64,000 bases of DNA, taken from contig CAVXGK010000002.1 of assembly GCA_963761305.1 (NCBI GenBank), positions 1,216,001-1,280,000 of the forward strand, given 5' to 3'. Each line of letters starts with the position of its first letter. The first letter of the stretch is position 1. The notes under the pieces are model-generated. The model worked only from the letters and a program-made list of their open reading frames with translations, did no database searches and was not told the DNA's origin. The DNA is from an uncultured Gemmatimonadaceae bacterium. Its GTDB lineage: Bacteria > Gemmatimonadota > Gemmatimonadetes > Gemmatimonadales > Gemmatimonadaceae. Positions 38,904 to 47,610 of the stretch are shown in pieces. Made by a program: the position numbers and the translations under genes.

Positions 38904-40826
38904 TCATGGCGCGTCCTCGATGAGACGCGCGGCGGCGTCGGGCCACTGCCAGATGACCTTCTCGCCGTCGAGGAAGAACGGATCGGTCGCCGCCTTGAGC
39001 GCCGCGGCGCGCGCCGGCTCGGTCTCGTCCGGCTCGAGCGCCGCGCGAACGAAGCCGATGGTCACCGGCACCGCCGCCACTTCGGCCGAGGCGACGATCC
39101 GGTTGGCGACGCCGATGATCTCGCGGACGCTCGCGACCGCGCGCTCGGCGAGGTAGCCGAGAATCTCGGCGTTCGGCTCGACGCCGAGGTCGCGCAGGTA
39201 GCGCGCGAAGAGACGCTCGCGTAGCGAGCGGTCGGGTGCCTGCATCGGCACGACCAAGCCGCCCTCGAACCGCGAGCGGAGGCGATCCTCGAGGCCGGAG
39301 AGCTCGCGCGGCGGGCGGTCGCTCGCCAGGACGAGCTGCTTGCCGTCGGCGTACAACGAATTGAAGACGTGAAAGAGCTCTTCCTGCGTGCGCTCCTTGC
39401 CGGCGACGAATTGCACGTCGTCGAGCAGCAGCGCCGACGCGTCGCGATAGCGGGCGCGCCAGCGGTCCACCGTGCCTTCCTGCAGCGCGGCGATCAACTC
39501 GTCGATGAAGAGCTGCGCCGGCACGCAGGCGACCGATCCGCGCCCGGCCGTCGCCGGCACGAGTCCGTGCCCGATCGCGTTCAACAAGTGCGTCTTGCCG
39601 ACGCCGCTCGGCCCGTGAATGAACAGCGGGTTGTAGCGCGTGCCCGGCGCCGACACGACGGCGTCGGCGGCGCGCACCGCCATCTGATTGCTGCCGCCGA
39701 CCTCGAATCCGGAGCGCGTGAACGCCGACGACGGTCCCGCCGGCGGCGACGCGACGCGCAGCGCGCGCTCGAGCACCTGCTCCGCTTCGTCGACGCGATC
39801 GGGATCGCGGAACGCGGGATGGATCGCCATCGACGCGTCGGCGCGCGACGTCTGCCGTTCCAGATCGCGCAGCCGGTTCACGCGCCCTTCGAACTCGCGC
39901 AGGAACGACTCGACGCCGTTCGCCGGCGCGTTCTCCCTCATGGCGCGCTCGAGGCTCGTCGTGCGATAGCCTTCGGCGCCCCAGTACGCGATCGCGTCGG
40001 AGATCCGTTGTCGCCACTGCTCGACGTGCTGCGCCACCGCCGACGCGATGTCGGTGAGGAAGCTCGCGAACTCGCCGCTGGGTCGCGGCGGCGTCACGCG
40101 GCGCCGCTTCTCGGCCAGGTCGCCGAGGACGCTCATCACGTTGTCGGGCGACACCTGCTCGCCGCCGAGCGCCTGGAACGCAATCAGGCGGGTGAGCGCC
40201 CCCTGCAGCTCGCGGACGTTGTCGAACTCGAGCGCGCCGACTTCGTCGATCACGCCGGCGCGGAACCGCATGCCGCGCTCCTCGCACTTGGCTTTGAGGA
40301 TCGCCATGCGCGTTTCATAATCGGGCGCGCCGATGTCGACGATCAGGCCGCCGGCGAGACGCGAGACGAGGCGCTCGTCGACGTCGGCGATGTCGGCGGC
40401 CGGGCGGTCGCTCGTCATCACGATCTGGCGGCCGTCGCCTTGCAGCGCGTTGAAGATCCGCAGCAGCTCGCTCTGCGTTTCCTTCCGCGCCGTGAGGAAT
40501 TGAATGTCATCGATCAGCAGCAGGCCGACGCCGAGGTAGCGCGCCTTGAACGCCTCGGCCGCGCCCTCGGCGATGGCCGCATGCATCTCGCCGACGAACT
40601 CGTCGAGCGTGACGGCGGCGACGGACAGCGGCTGCCGCCGCTGTGCGACGTGATTGCCGATCGCGCTCATCAGGTGCGTCTTGCCGAGCCCCGACCCGCT
40701 GTACATGAAGAGCGGGTTGTACGCCGTGCCCGGCGCCTCGGCCACCGCGTGCGCCGCGGCGACGGCGAGGCGGTTGGCCGAGCCGACGATGAAGTTGTCG
40801 AAGCGGAGCTTCGGATCGAGCTGCAT
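38904..40826 (-). CDS. DnaA/Hda-family protein with two tandem DnaA domain-III AAA+ modules and no domain I or IV
   Basis: Module 1: FDNFIVG, YNPLF..GLGKTHL, IDDIQF, TSDR, RLVSR, NVRELQG. Module 2: YNPLFIHGPSGVGKTHL, LDDVQF, TQEELFHVFN, ASDR, RLRSRF, SVREIIG. Confidence 0.9.
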   Translation of the reverse strand: MQLDPKLRFDNFIVGSANRLAVAAAHAVAEAPGTAYNPLFMYSGSGLGKTHLMSAIGNHVAQRRQPLSVAAVTLDEFVGEMHAAIAEGAAEAFKARYLGVGLLLIDDIQFLTARKETQSELLRIFNALQGDGRQIVMTSDRPAADIADVDERLVSRLAGGLIVDIGAPDYETRMAILKAKCEERGMRFRAGVIDEVGALEFDNVRELQGALTRLIAFQALGGEQVSPDNVMSVLGDLAEKRRRVTPPRPSGEFASFLTDIASAVAQHVEQWRQRISDAIAYWGAEGYRTTSLERAMRENAPANGVESFLREFEGRVNRLRDLERQTSRADASMAIHPAFRDPDRVDEAEQVLERALRVASPPAGPSSAFTRSGFEVGGSNQMAVRAADAVVSAPGTRYNPLFIHGPSGVGKTHLLNAIGHGLVPATAGRGSVACVPAQLFIDELIAALQEGTVDRWRARYRDASALLLDDVQFVAGKERTQEELFHVFNSLYADGKQLVLASDRPPRELSGLEDRLRSRFEGGLVVPMQAPDRSLRERLFARYLRDLGVEPNAEILGYLAERAVASVREIIGVANRIVASAEVAAVPVTIGFVRAALEPDETEPARAAALKAATDPFFLDGEKVIWQWPDAAARLIEDAP

Positions 40827-40839
40827 GATCGACCCGCCG

Positions 40840-41469
40840 CTATCCGGCGCGCGCCGTCACGCGCGGCACCGACGATGGCGTGCCGGCGCTCAGGCGTCTG
40901 AGCACGAGCTCGGAGATCGCGCGCAGCGTCTCGAAGACGCCCGGGCCGTGCAACGCATCGGCCGAAAACTCCGGCACGTCGCGGAAGTTGAGCGCCTCGG
41001 ACAGCGTGGCCGGATCGAGGATCAACTCGCTCGGCAGGTCCTGCTTGTTGTACTGGATGACCAGCGGCACGGCGCGCGCGTCGACGCCCTGGTCGCCGAG
41101 ATTCGCGTGGAGGTCCTGGAAGCTCTCGACGTTTTCATCGAGCTGGCGGCCCTGGCTGTCGGCGACGAAGACGACACCGTCGGCGCCCTGGAGCACGAGC
41201 CTGCGCGTCGTCTGGTAGTAGACCTGGCCGGGGACGGTGTAGAGCTGGAACCGGGTGGTGAAGCCGGAAATGGTGCCGAGATCAAGCGGGAGAAAATCGA
41301 AGAAGAGCGTGCGGTCGGTCTGCGTCGCCAACGACACCATCCGGCCGCGGCGGTCGGCGGGCACCTGGCTGTAGATGTAGTGCAAGTTCGTCGTCTTTCC
41401 GGACCGGCCCGGTCCGTAGTAGACGATCTTGCACGTGATCTCTCTGGTGGCGTAGTTGACGAGGGACAC
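40840..41469 (-). CDS. mglA: Ras-like GTPase MglA
   Basis: [38 protein letters not shown] and NKQD. Confidence 0.95.
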   Translation of the reverse strand: MSLVNYATREITCKIVYYGPGRSGKTTNLHYIYSQVPADRRGRMVSLATQTDRTLFFDFLPLDLGTISGFTTRFQLYTVPGQVYYQTTRRLVLQGADGVVFVADSQGRQLDENVESFQDLHANLGDQGVDARAVPLVIQYNKQDLPSELILDPATLSEALNFRDVPEFSADALHGPGVFETLRAISELVLRRLSAGTPSSVPRVTARAG

Positions 41470-41589
41470 AGGACTGAGTGTTGAGTTTGGCGTCGAAGCG
41501 TGCTTGACAGTGGACTAATTAGTTTTTATTGAGAATCGGATACTCTAGCGTCAGGCGTCAGCGTCAGGCGGTGGGTGAAGGTGCGGCGG

Positions 41590-42081
41590 TCATCGTCCCT
41601 CCCAGCGGTCGGACTGGCGAAAGAGCGCGGACAGATTCCGGTTGAGGTCGTCCTCGAAGTTGCCGGCCAGCGCGACCGCGGCCGGCGGCTCCGCGGTGCG
41701 GGCCGCCTCGGCCAGCTCGCGCTCGAGTTCCGTGAAGTAGATGCGGATCAAACCGAGCGACGTCTGGTCGTCGAACACCGTGAAACAGATGTACGCGCCG
41801 CGCGACGTCTGGAGCGGCGCCAGATACATCTGCTTCTCCGGGCCCGCGTAGTGCAGCCCGGCGAACGCGCGGCCGTCGACCTGGCGGCCAAGTTCTCCCG
41901 CCGTCGCGTGCACCGCGGACGCCAGCGCGCACGCCGTCATCACGTCCACTTCGCGCGTGAACCCGGCCTGCGCCAAGACCTGCCCCGTCGGATGGAGCAG
42001 CAGCGCGAGACGCGCGCGCGCGTCGTCGACGAACCGCCGCAGCGGCGCTTCGACCCACGGCTCGACCGCGGCGATCTTCAT
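41590..42081 (-). CDS. mglB: MglB-like roadblock/LC7 protein (probable GAP)
   Basis: Roadblock pattern LLLHPTGQVLA and FDDQTSLGLIR; adjacent to mglA. Confidence 0.8.
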   Translation of the reverse strand: MKIAAVEPWVEAPLRRFVDDARARLALLLHPTGQVLAQAGFTREVDVMTACALASAVHATAGELGRQVDGRAFAGLHYAGPEKQMYLAPLQTSRGAYICFTVFDDQTSLGLIRIYFTELERELAEAARTAEPPAAVALAGNFEDDLNRNLSALFRQSDRWEGR

Positions 42082-42428
42082 GCGAGCATCTCCAGCGCCT
42101 TGAACAGCTCCACCCGAATCAGCCCGACGTTCGCCGCGGGGTCGGCAACGGTCACGATCACCAGGTCGTTCCCTCCGCCCGCCACGCAAATGCAACCGCG
42201 CTCCGCGTCGAGCTGCAGGAACGTCACCGCTCCGAGCCGCGCCGCCTGCGCCGACAACCGCGCCTTGCGATACACGGACGCGGCGAGCGCCGCGACACGC
42301 TCGCCGTCCTGGCCAAAACGGAGACTGGAATCGATGACGAGCCCGTCACTCTCGGAGACGATCAAGCTCGCCCGCACGCCACGCTGGCGAGTCAGCACAT
42401 CGAGCACGGGCCGCATGGACGTGCTCAC
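42078..42428 (-). CDS. Roadblock/LC7 domain protein
   Basis: GVRASLIVSESDGLVID..AALAA..ANVGLIR. GTG start overlaps the upstream stop. Confidence 0.85.
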   Translation of the reverse strand: MSTSMRPVLDVLTRQRGVRASLIVSESDGLVIDSSLRFGQDGERVAALAASVYRKARLSAQAARLGAVTFLQLDAERGCICVAGGGNDLVIVTVADPAANVGLIRVELFKALEMLA

Positions 42429-43288
42429 GGCGCGCCCGCGCCGTCGATTCGCCCGTCGCGAAGCCACGCCGAGGCCCGCGCGGCGCACCGGTCGAGCAGG
42501 CGCCGCAGGAGCCCGAGCGGCGTGACCTTCGACGCCGCGACGACGAGGAGACCGCCGTCGTCGCTCCGCGTCATCGCCACGACGCTCCCACGCGTCTCGA
42601 ACGTGATCGACTGCCACTCGCCGACGTCCAGATACTTCGTCGATCGCTGCACTTCGTCGGAGATTCCGCTCAACTGTGCGCCGACGTCCTGCGACAAATC
42701 GGCGCCGTTGGCGTCGACGTACACGCCGCCCAGCACCAAGCCGCTGGCGTCGAGCAGGAGCGCCGTCTGCCCCTCCTCGGTCAGCAGGCTCGCGAAGAGA
42801 CGCCGCGGATCGTTCGACGACGCGGGTGGCGCGAACGCGCTCGTTTGCGGAGAAGGCACCGCCTCATCGGGCACAGCCACGTGGGTGCCAGACGCCCGCC
42901 GCACCGTGCGCAGCGCGCCCGCGACCGAGGCCCCCCCGCCGCCGCTCGCCGCGGCGCCGGTCAAATACCGCTCGGCGTCGTCGACGCGACCTTCCTGAAA
43001 GCTGAGATATCCGAGTCCCTTCATCGCCCCCGCGTGATCGGGAACGATTCGAAGCACGGCGTTCCATTCGTCGCGGGCGCGCGCGAGGTCGCCGCGATCG
43101 ACCGCGACGCGCGCGAGTAAGTCGTGCGCGTCCGCGTTGTGCGGGTGCCGCTCGAGCCCGCGCAGCGCGACTTTGCTCGCGAGCTCGAACTGTCGCTGCC
43201 GGCGCAGCGCGTCGCCAAGCTGAAGGAACACCAGGCTCCCCGGCTCGCGCGCGAGCTCTTCGCTCCAGCGGCGGATGTCGTCAACCAT
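42425..43288 (-). CDS. TPR plus roadblock/LC7 fusion protein
   Basis: N-terminal TPRs (PGSLVFLQLGD, GLERHP, LRIVPD) and C-terminal ALLLDASGLVL..TPLGLLR. Confidence 0.8.
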   Translation of the reverse strand: MVDDIRRWSEELAREPGSLVFLQLGDALRRQRQFELASKVALRGLERHPHNADAHDLLARVAVDRGDLARARDEWNAVLRIVPDHAGAMKGLGYLSFQEGRVDDAERYLTGAAASGGGGASVAGALRTVRRASGTHVAVPDEAVPSPQTSAFAPPASSNDPRRLFASLLTEEGQTALLLDASGLVLGGVYVDANGADLSQDVGAQLSGISDEVQRSTKYLDVGEWQSITFETRGSVVAMTRSDDGGLLVVAASKVTPLGLLRRLLDRCAARASAWLRDGRIDGAGAP

Positions 43289-44225
43289 TGGCGTGCACCT
43301 CGAGCACCCGCTCGAGTCGCGCGAGCGCGTCGAGCGCGTCGCGCGCTTCGAGGGCGACGGTGCCGGCCGGCTCACGGCGCAGCAGCTGCTCGACCGCGTG
43401 GCGGGCGGCGCTCACGTGTGCGGCGACGCCAGTCGGCGGCGAACCAGTGGGCGACCACGCTCGCGCCCGCGCGACGGCGGATGGTTCGACGTTCTTTCGA
43501 ATCGTGACGACGCCGGTCGTGGCCAGCCCATACGCGATCTTGGCCGTCTCGAACTCGTCGCGGGTCAGCAGCGCGGCGATCGCGCGCAGGTCGCGCTCGC
43601 CGTCGATCATCGTCAGGACCTGCCACTCGTGCGGGAGCAGGTCGAGCGTCGTGCCGCCGTCGTGCTCTTCGCCCATCGGTGCAAGCTCGGGCACGACGTT
43701 CAGGCTCGGCACCACGTCGGCGATGCGCGACCATTCGTCGATGCGCCGCGCGCCTTCCATGAGCAGGGATTCGGTCGAGACGGCGATGCGCGGGTCGCGC
43801 GGCATCTCCTCACGCGCGCGTTCTTCGAACGAGAAAAACCCCTCGCGCCACGACATCAGCTCGAATACCACGCTCTCGATCTGCAACCGCAAGTGCCGCT
43901 CGAGCTCGCGCTGGGTGATCGCCCCGAGGCGAACGAGCGAATCGACGATGGTCCGCGCACCCGCGACCCCATTGCCCTCGGTCGACGCGTGCGCGCGATC
44001 GAGATCGGCTTGCGTGATCCGCCCCGCCTCCAGCAATACGAGCTCCGTCGGCACGCTCTTGCTGCGGATCGACGCGTGCACGACGCGGCCGCCGTCGAAG
44101 TGGACGACGCCCTCGTCCTCGCGCAGCTTCGACGATACGCACAGGAGTCCCGTCTTCCGGCTCAGGTCGAGCAGCTGGAAGACGTCGTGGATGCCGAGCT
44201 CGCGAAGCGGACCTTCGATCGCCAT
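43281..44225 (-). CDS. DUF4388 domain protein
   Basis: GPLRELGIHDVFQLL..KTGLL..GRVVHA..WREGFFSF..LLMEGARRIDEW. Paralogous to the N-terminal half of 37250-38869. Confidence 0.85.
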   Translation of the reverse strand: MAIEGPLRELGIHDVFQLLDLSRKTGLLCVSSKLREDEGVVHFDGGRVVHASIRSKSVPTELVLLEAGRITQADLDRAHASTEGNGVAGARTIVDSLVRLGAITQRELERHLRLQIESVVFELMSWREGFFSFEERAREEMPRDPRIAVSTESLLMEGARRIDEWSRIADVVPSLNVVPELAPMGEEHDGGTTLDLLPHEWQVLTMIDGERDLRAIAALLTRDEFETAKIAYGLATTGVVTIRKNVEPSAVARARAWSPTGSPPTGVAAHVSAARHAVEQLLRREPAGTVALEARDALDALARLERVLEVHANG

Positions 44226-44227
44226 GG

Positions 44228-46987
44228 TCAGCCCGTTCGCAGCGTGAGAATGTGCTGCAGCTCGGAGGCGCTGCGCAGATCGCGACGCGCGCGCCGAGCG
44301 AACGACGATGCGGGATCGAGCGCGATCACGCGGCGCCAGCGTTCGGCCGCCTCGCGGAAGCGGTGCTGTTCCGCCAGCAACGCGCCCTCGAAGTACAGCG
44401 CGCCGACGTTCCCCGGATCGAACCGCAGCACCCGCGCGAACGCATGGCTCGCGTCGCGCCGGCGATCGAGCTCGATCAGCGTCTCACCGAGCGCGATGAG
44501 CGCGTCGAAGTTGTACGGATCGCGCTCCAGCATTTCGATCAGCAGCGGCATGGCGTCGCTCGGGCGACTCAGCCGGCGTCGAAGCGCCGCGAGCGCGAGC
44601 GTCGCTTCGGCGTAGGTCGGCACCGCGTCGAGCGCCGCGACCAACTCGTGCTCGGCTTCGCGATCGCGGCCTTGCGACTGCAACAGATCCGCGAGCCGGA
44701 AGCGCACGACGGCGAAATCCTCGTCCACCTCGAGCGCGAGCCGGTACATCTCGATCGCGCGGTCGATGTCGCCGATCGACTGCGCGATGTCGCCCGTACG
44801 CAGCAACACGTCGGCCCGCCGCGGCGAGATCCGCCGCGCACGGTTGAGCAGCTCGAGCGCCGCCACCGGATCGCCGGAATCCGCGCACGCCTCCGACGCG
44901 AGCATCAGCGCGTCGACGTCGTTCGCGTCCCGCGCCACCAACAGCTGCGCGATCGGACGCGCCTCGGCCCCGCGCCCCAGTCGCAGGAGCGCCATCGCCT
45001 CGCCGGCAAGCGCCTGCGGACGATCCGGAACGATCGCCAGCGCAGCGCGAAAGCGCTCCAGCGCTTCGCCGAACAAGCCCTGTTTCGCGAAGATCTCGCC
45101 GAGGATCGTCATCCCCATGGCGCGGTCCTCGCCGCGCGCCAGCGCGCGCGCGACCTCGGCCGACGCCCGGTCGAAGTAGCCCTTCGACAAGTAGTCCGCC
45201 GCCATCGCGAACGGCGACCGGTCGCTCGCGCGCCGCGCACGCGGCCGCTCGGACTCTTCTTCGCTCGATGGTTTCGCATCCGGCGCCGCTGTGGTGGCCG
45301 GCGCCGACTCGGCCGGCGCGGCGGGCGCCAGCTCCGTGAACAGCGTGTCGAGAGAGCCGGGATCGAAATCGAAGTCCTCGACGACCGCGTCCTCGTGCGC
45401 GCCGCCGAGGTCGGGCGGCACCGTGAGGTCGGGGTCTTCGTACTCGACGTCCATCGCCAACTCGAACTTCTGCGCCACGTAGTACGGTTCCAGCTCGAGC
45501 GCGCGCTTGGTTTCGCGCAGCGCGCCCTCGAAGTCGCCGAGATTCGAGAGCGTGAAGCTCATGTTGTAGTGCGCTTCGGCGAAGTCGGGTCGCGCCTGGA
45601 TCGCGCGCGCGAAGGCGCCGCGGGCGTCGTCGTACCTGTGGAGCTCGGCGAGCACGAGGCCGACGCCGTTCCATGCTACCGGATGCTCGGCCGCCGAGCG
45701 CAACACGCGGCGATACGACTCGAGCGCGTGCTGGAATCGCTTGGCGCGGCTCATGAGCAGCGCCAGGTTGAGACGCGCCTTGACGAATTCGGGCCGATGC
45801 TCGAGCGCCGCGTTGAACGCGGCGAGCGAGTCCTCCGATTTTCCGCTGTGGTAGAGCGCCACGCCGAGGTTGTTCCGTGCGATCGCGTACGACGGCTCGG
45901 CGTCCAGCGCGCGCCGATAGCTCGACTCGGCGTCGGCGAAGCGTCCTTCCTGGTGCATCGCCACGCCGCGCTCGTTCCACAGCTTGGGGCTGTGCGGCTG
46001 GCGGCGCAGCAGATCGTCGTACAGCCCGATCGCCTCGCCGGGTTGGCGCAACAGCAGATGCACTTCGGCCATCGCCTGTAACACGAGGTCGCGGTCTTCG
46101 CCCCGGTCGAGCGCGACGCCGTACTCGCGCATCGCTTCGGCGTAGTAGCCCTTGCTGCGGAACGCGAGGCCCAGGTTGTAGTGCGCGAGCTGTCCGTCGA
46201 CCGACACCTGCAGCTCTCGCTTCGGCTGGCCGTTCGCCGCGTCGCGGCCCCGCTGTTGCTCGAGCGACAGATTCGCGTGCGCGCGCGACAGCGACGGATT
46301 CAGCTTGATGGCGCGGCGCGTGGCCGCCTGCGCGTCCTCGTGGCGTCCGATGTCGCCGAGGACGAAGCCCATCAGGTACAGGGCGTCGTGGTTCTCCGGA
46401 TTCAACGCGATCGCGCGCTCGAGTGCGCGCAACGCGTCGTCGTTCAGGCCGCGGTGATAGAGGATCTCGCCGAGCGTGAAGTGCAGCAGCGAGCTGTCCG
46501 GATCGCGGGCCAGCGCGCGTTCGATGCATTCCTGCGCGCGCTCCATGTCGCCCGAGTGCTTCTCGGCGAGCGCGAGCTGCAGCAGGGCCGCGACGTCGTT
46601 CGGCGCGTACTCGAGGAGGGCGCGGAACTCGTTCGCTGCGTCGTCCTGCTTGCCGAGCAGCGAGAACGTGCGGCCCAACTCCCAGCGCGCTTCGCGGTCG
46701 TCGGGCCGGGCCCGGAGACGCTCGCGCAGCTCGGGCACCCGTGTGTCGTAGTAGCCGGTGTTGAAGTACGCGATCTCGAGGTTGCGCTGCGCGACCTGCA
46801 TCGTGTGGTCGAGCTCGAGCGCCTTCATGAAGGCGGCGACCGCCTCCTGATACAGCCCCTTGTTGTAGTAGAGAACGCCGAGGTTGTTGTGCGCGCCGGC
46901 GTCCGACGGATCGATCCGCCGGGCGAAGGAGCGAAGGACCTCGCGGTCCCGCTCCGACGTCAGTGGGGCCGGCGGGATCATGATCAC
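44228..46987 (-). CDS. Large cytoplasmic multi-TPR scaffold (919 aa)
   Basis: Many TPRs (AHNNLG, AHYNLG, LWNERG, ARNNLG, AWNGVG) split by an acidic/Pro-rich linker. No signal peptide. Confidence 0.88.
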   Translation of the reverse strand: MIMIPPAPLTSERDREVLRSFARRIDPSDAGAHNNLGVLYYNKGLYQEAVAAFMKALELDHTMQVAQRNLEIAYFNTGYYDTRVPELRERLRARPDDREARWELGRTFSLLGKQDDAANEFRALLEYAPNDVAALLQLALAEKHSGDMERAQECIERALARDPDSSLLHFTLGEILYHRGLNDDALRALERAIALNPENHDALYLMGFVLGDIGRHEDAQAATRRAIKLNPSLSRAHANLSLEQQRGRDAANGQPKRELQVSVDGQLAHYNLGLAFRSKGYYAEAMREYGVALDRGEDRDLVLQAMAEVHLLLRQPGEAIGLYDDLLRRQPHSPKLWNERGVAMHQEGRFADAESSYRRALDAEPSYAIARNNLGVALYHSGKSEDSLAAFNAALEHRPEFVKARLNLALLMSRAKRFQHALESYRRVLRSAAEHPVAWNGVGLVLAELHRYDDARGAFARAIQARPDFAEAHYNMSFTLSNLGDFEGALRETKRALELEPYYVAQKFELAMDVEYEDPDLTVPPDLGGAHEDAVVEDFDFDPGSLDTLFTELAPAAPAESAPATTAAPDAKPSSEEESERPRARRASDRSPFAMAADYLSKGYFDRASAEVARALARGEDRAMGMTILGEIFAKQGLFGEALERFRAALAIVPDRPQALAGEAMALLRLGRGAEARPIAQLLVARDANDVDALMLASEACADSGDPVAALELLNRARRISPRRADVLLRTGDIAQSIGDIDRAIEMYRLALEVDEDFAVVRFRLADLLQSQGRDREAEHELVAALDAVPTYAEATLALAALRRRLSRPSDAMPLLIEMLERDPYNFDALIALGETLIELDRRRDASHAFARVLRFDPGNVGALYFEGALLAEQHRFREAAERWRRVIALDPASSFARRARRDLRSASELQHILTLRTG

Positions 46988-47601
46988 GCGACGTGGATCG
47001 CCTTGAGGATGGCGCCGAGCGACGCCGTGTCGGGAAGCAGCAGGAAGAAGCCGCGCAGCTTCTCGTCGGACTGGTTCAGCACGAAGTCGCTCTCGACGCA
47101 GAAGACGAAGTCACGGTCCCCGCCGAACTGGAGGTACGCCGTCGTGAGCACGGCGTCGGACATGTCGATCGCCAGCGCCGGCGGCGACGGAATGAGCATC
47201 ATGCCCATGAAGTCGCTCAGCGCGTTCATGTAGGCGGAGCTGAGGATGTTGCCCGCTTCCTTGATCGCCGACTGCTGCATGTCGGAGAAGTCGTCGCTGG
47301 GCTCGCGGCGGTGCAGCAGCAGCTCGGCGAGCCGCATCGCGGTGCGCCGCGGGAACACGAGCAGCGTGCGGCCCGTGAGATCGCCGAGCATGTGCATCAG
47401 CACCGCGGCCACCGGCTCGTCCGGCGTCGTGATGTGCGGCGGCACCTCTTCCAGGCGCGCGACGCTGATTTTCGGCACGCTGATCATGATCGTCTCGCCG
47501 ATCATCTGCGACAGCGCCGTCGCCGCGTGGCCGGCGCCGATGTTGGCCACCTCGCGGAGCGCGTCGAGCTGCAGCGCTTTCAACGAAAGAAGATCTTCCA
47601 T
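46984..47601 (-). CDS. cheC: CheY-P phosphatase CheC
   Basis: Two D/S-xxx-E-xx-N motifs (DALREVANIG, SAIKEAGNIL) and FFLLLPD. Confidence 0.93.
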   Translation of the reverse strand: MEDLLSLKALQLDALREVANIGAGHAATALSQMIGETIMISVPKISVARLEEVPPHITTPDEPVAAVLMHMLGDLTGRTLLVFPRRTAMRLAELLLHRREPSDDFSDMQQSAIKEAGNILSSAYMNALSDFMGMMLIPSPPALAIDMSDAVLTTAYLQFGGDRDFVFCVESDFVLNQSDEKLRGFFLLLPDTASLGAILKAIHVA

Positions 47602-47610
47602 ATCAATCCT

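Noticed and set aside
40806..40826. N-terminal MQLDPKL as an Hda-type clamp-binding motif
   Set aside because: It aligns with the normal DnaA domain-III start (LNPKYTFDNF) and does not fit QL(S/P)LPL.
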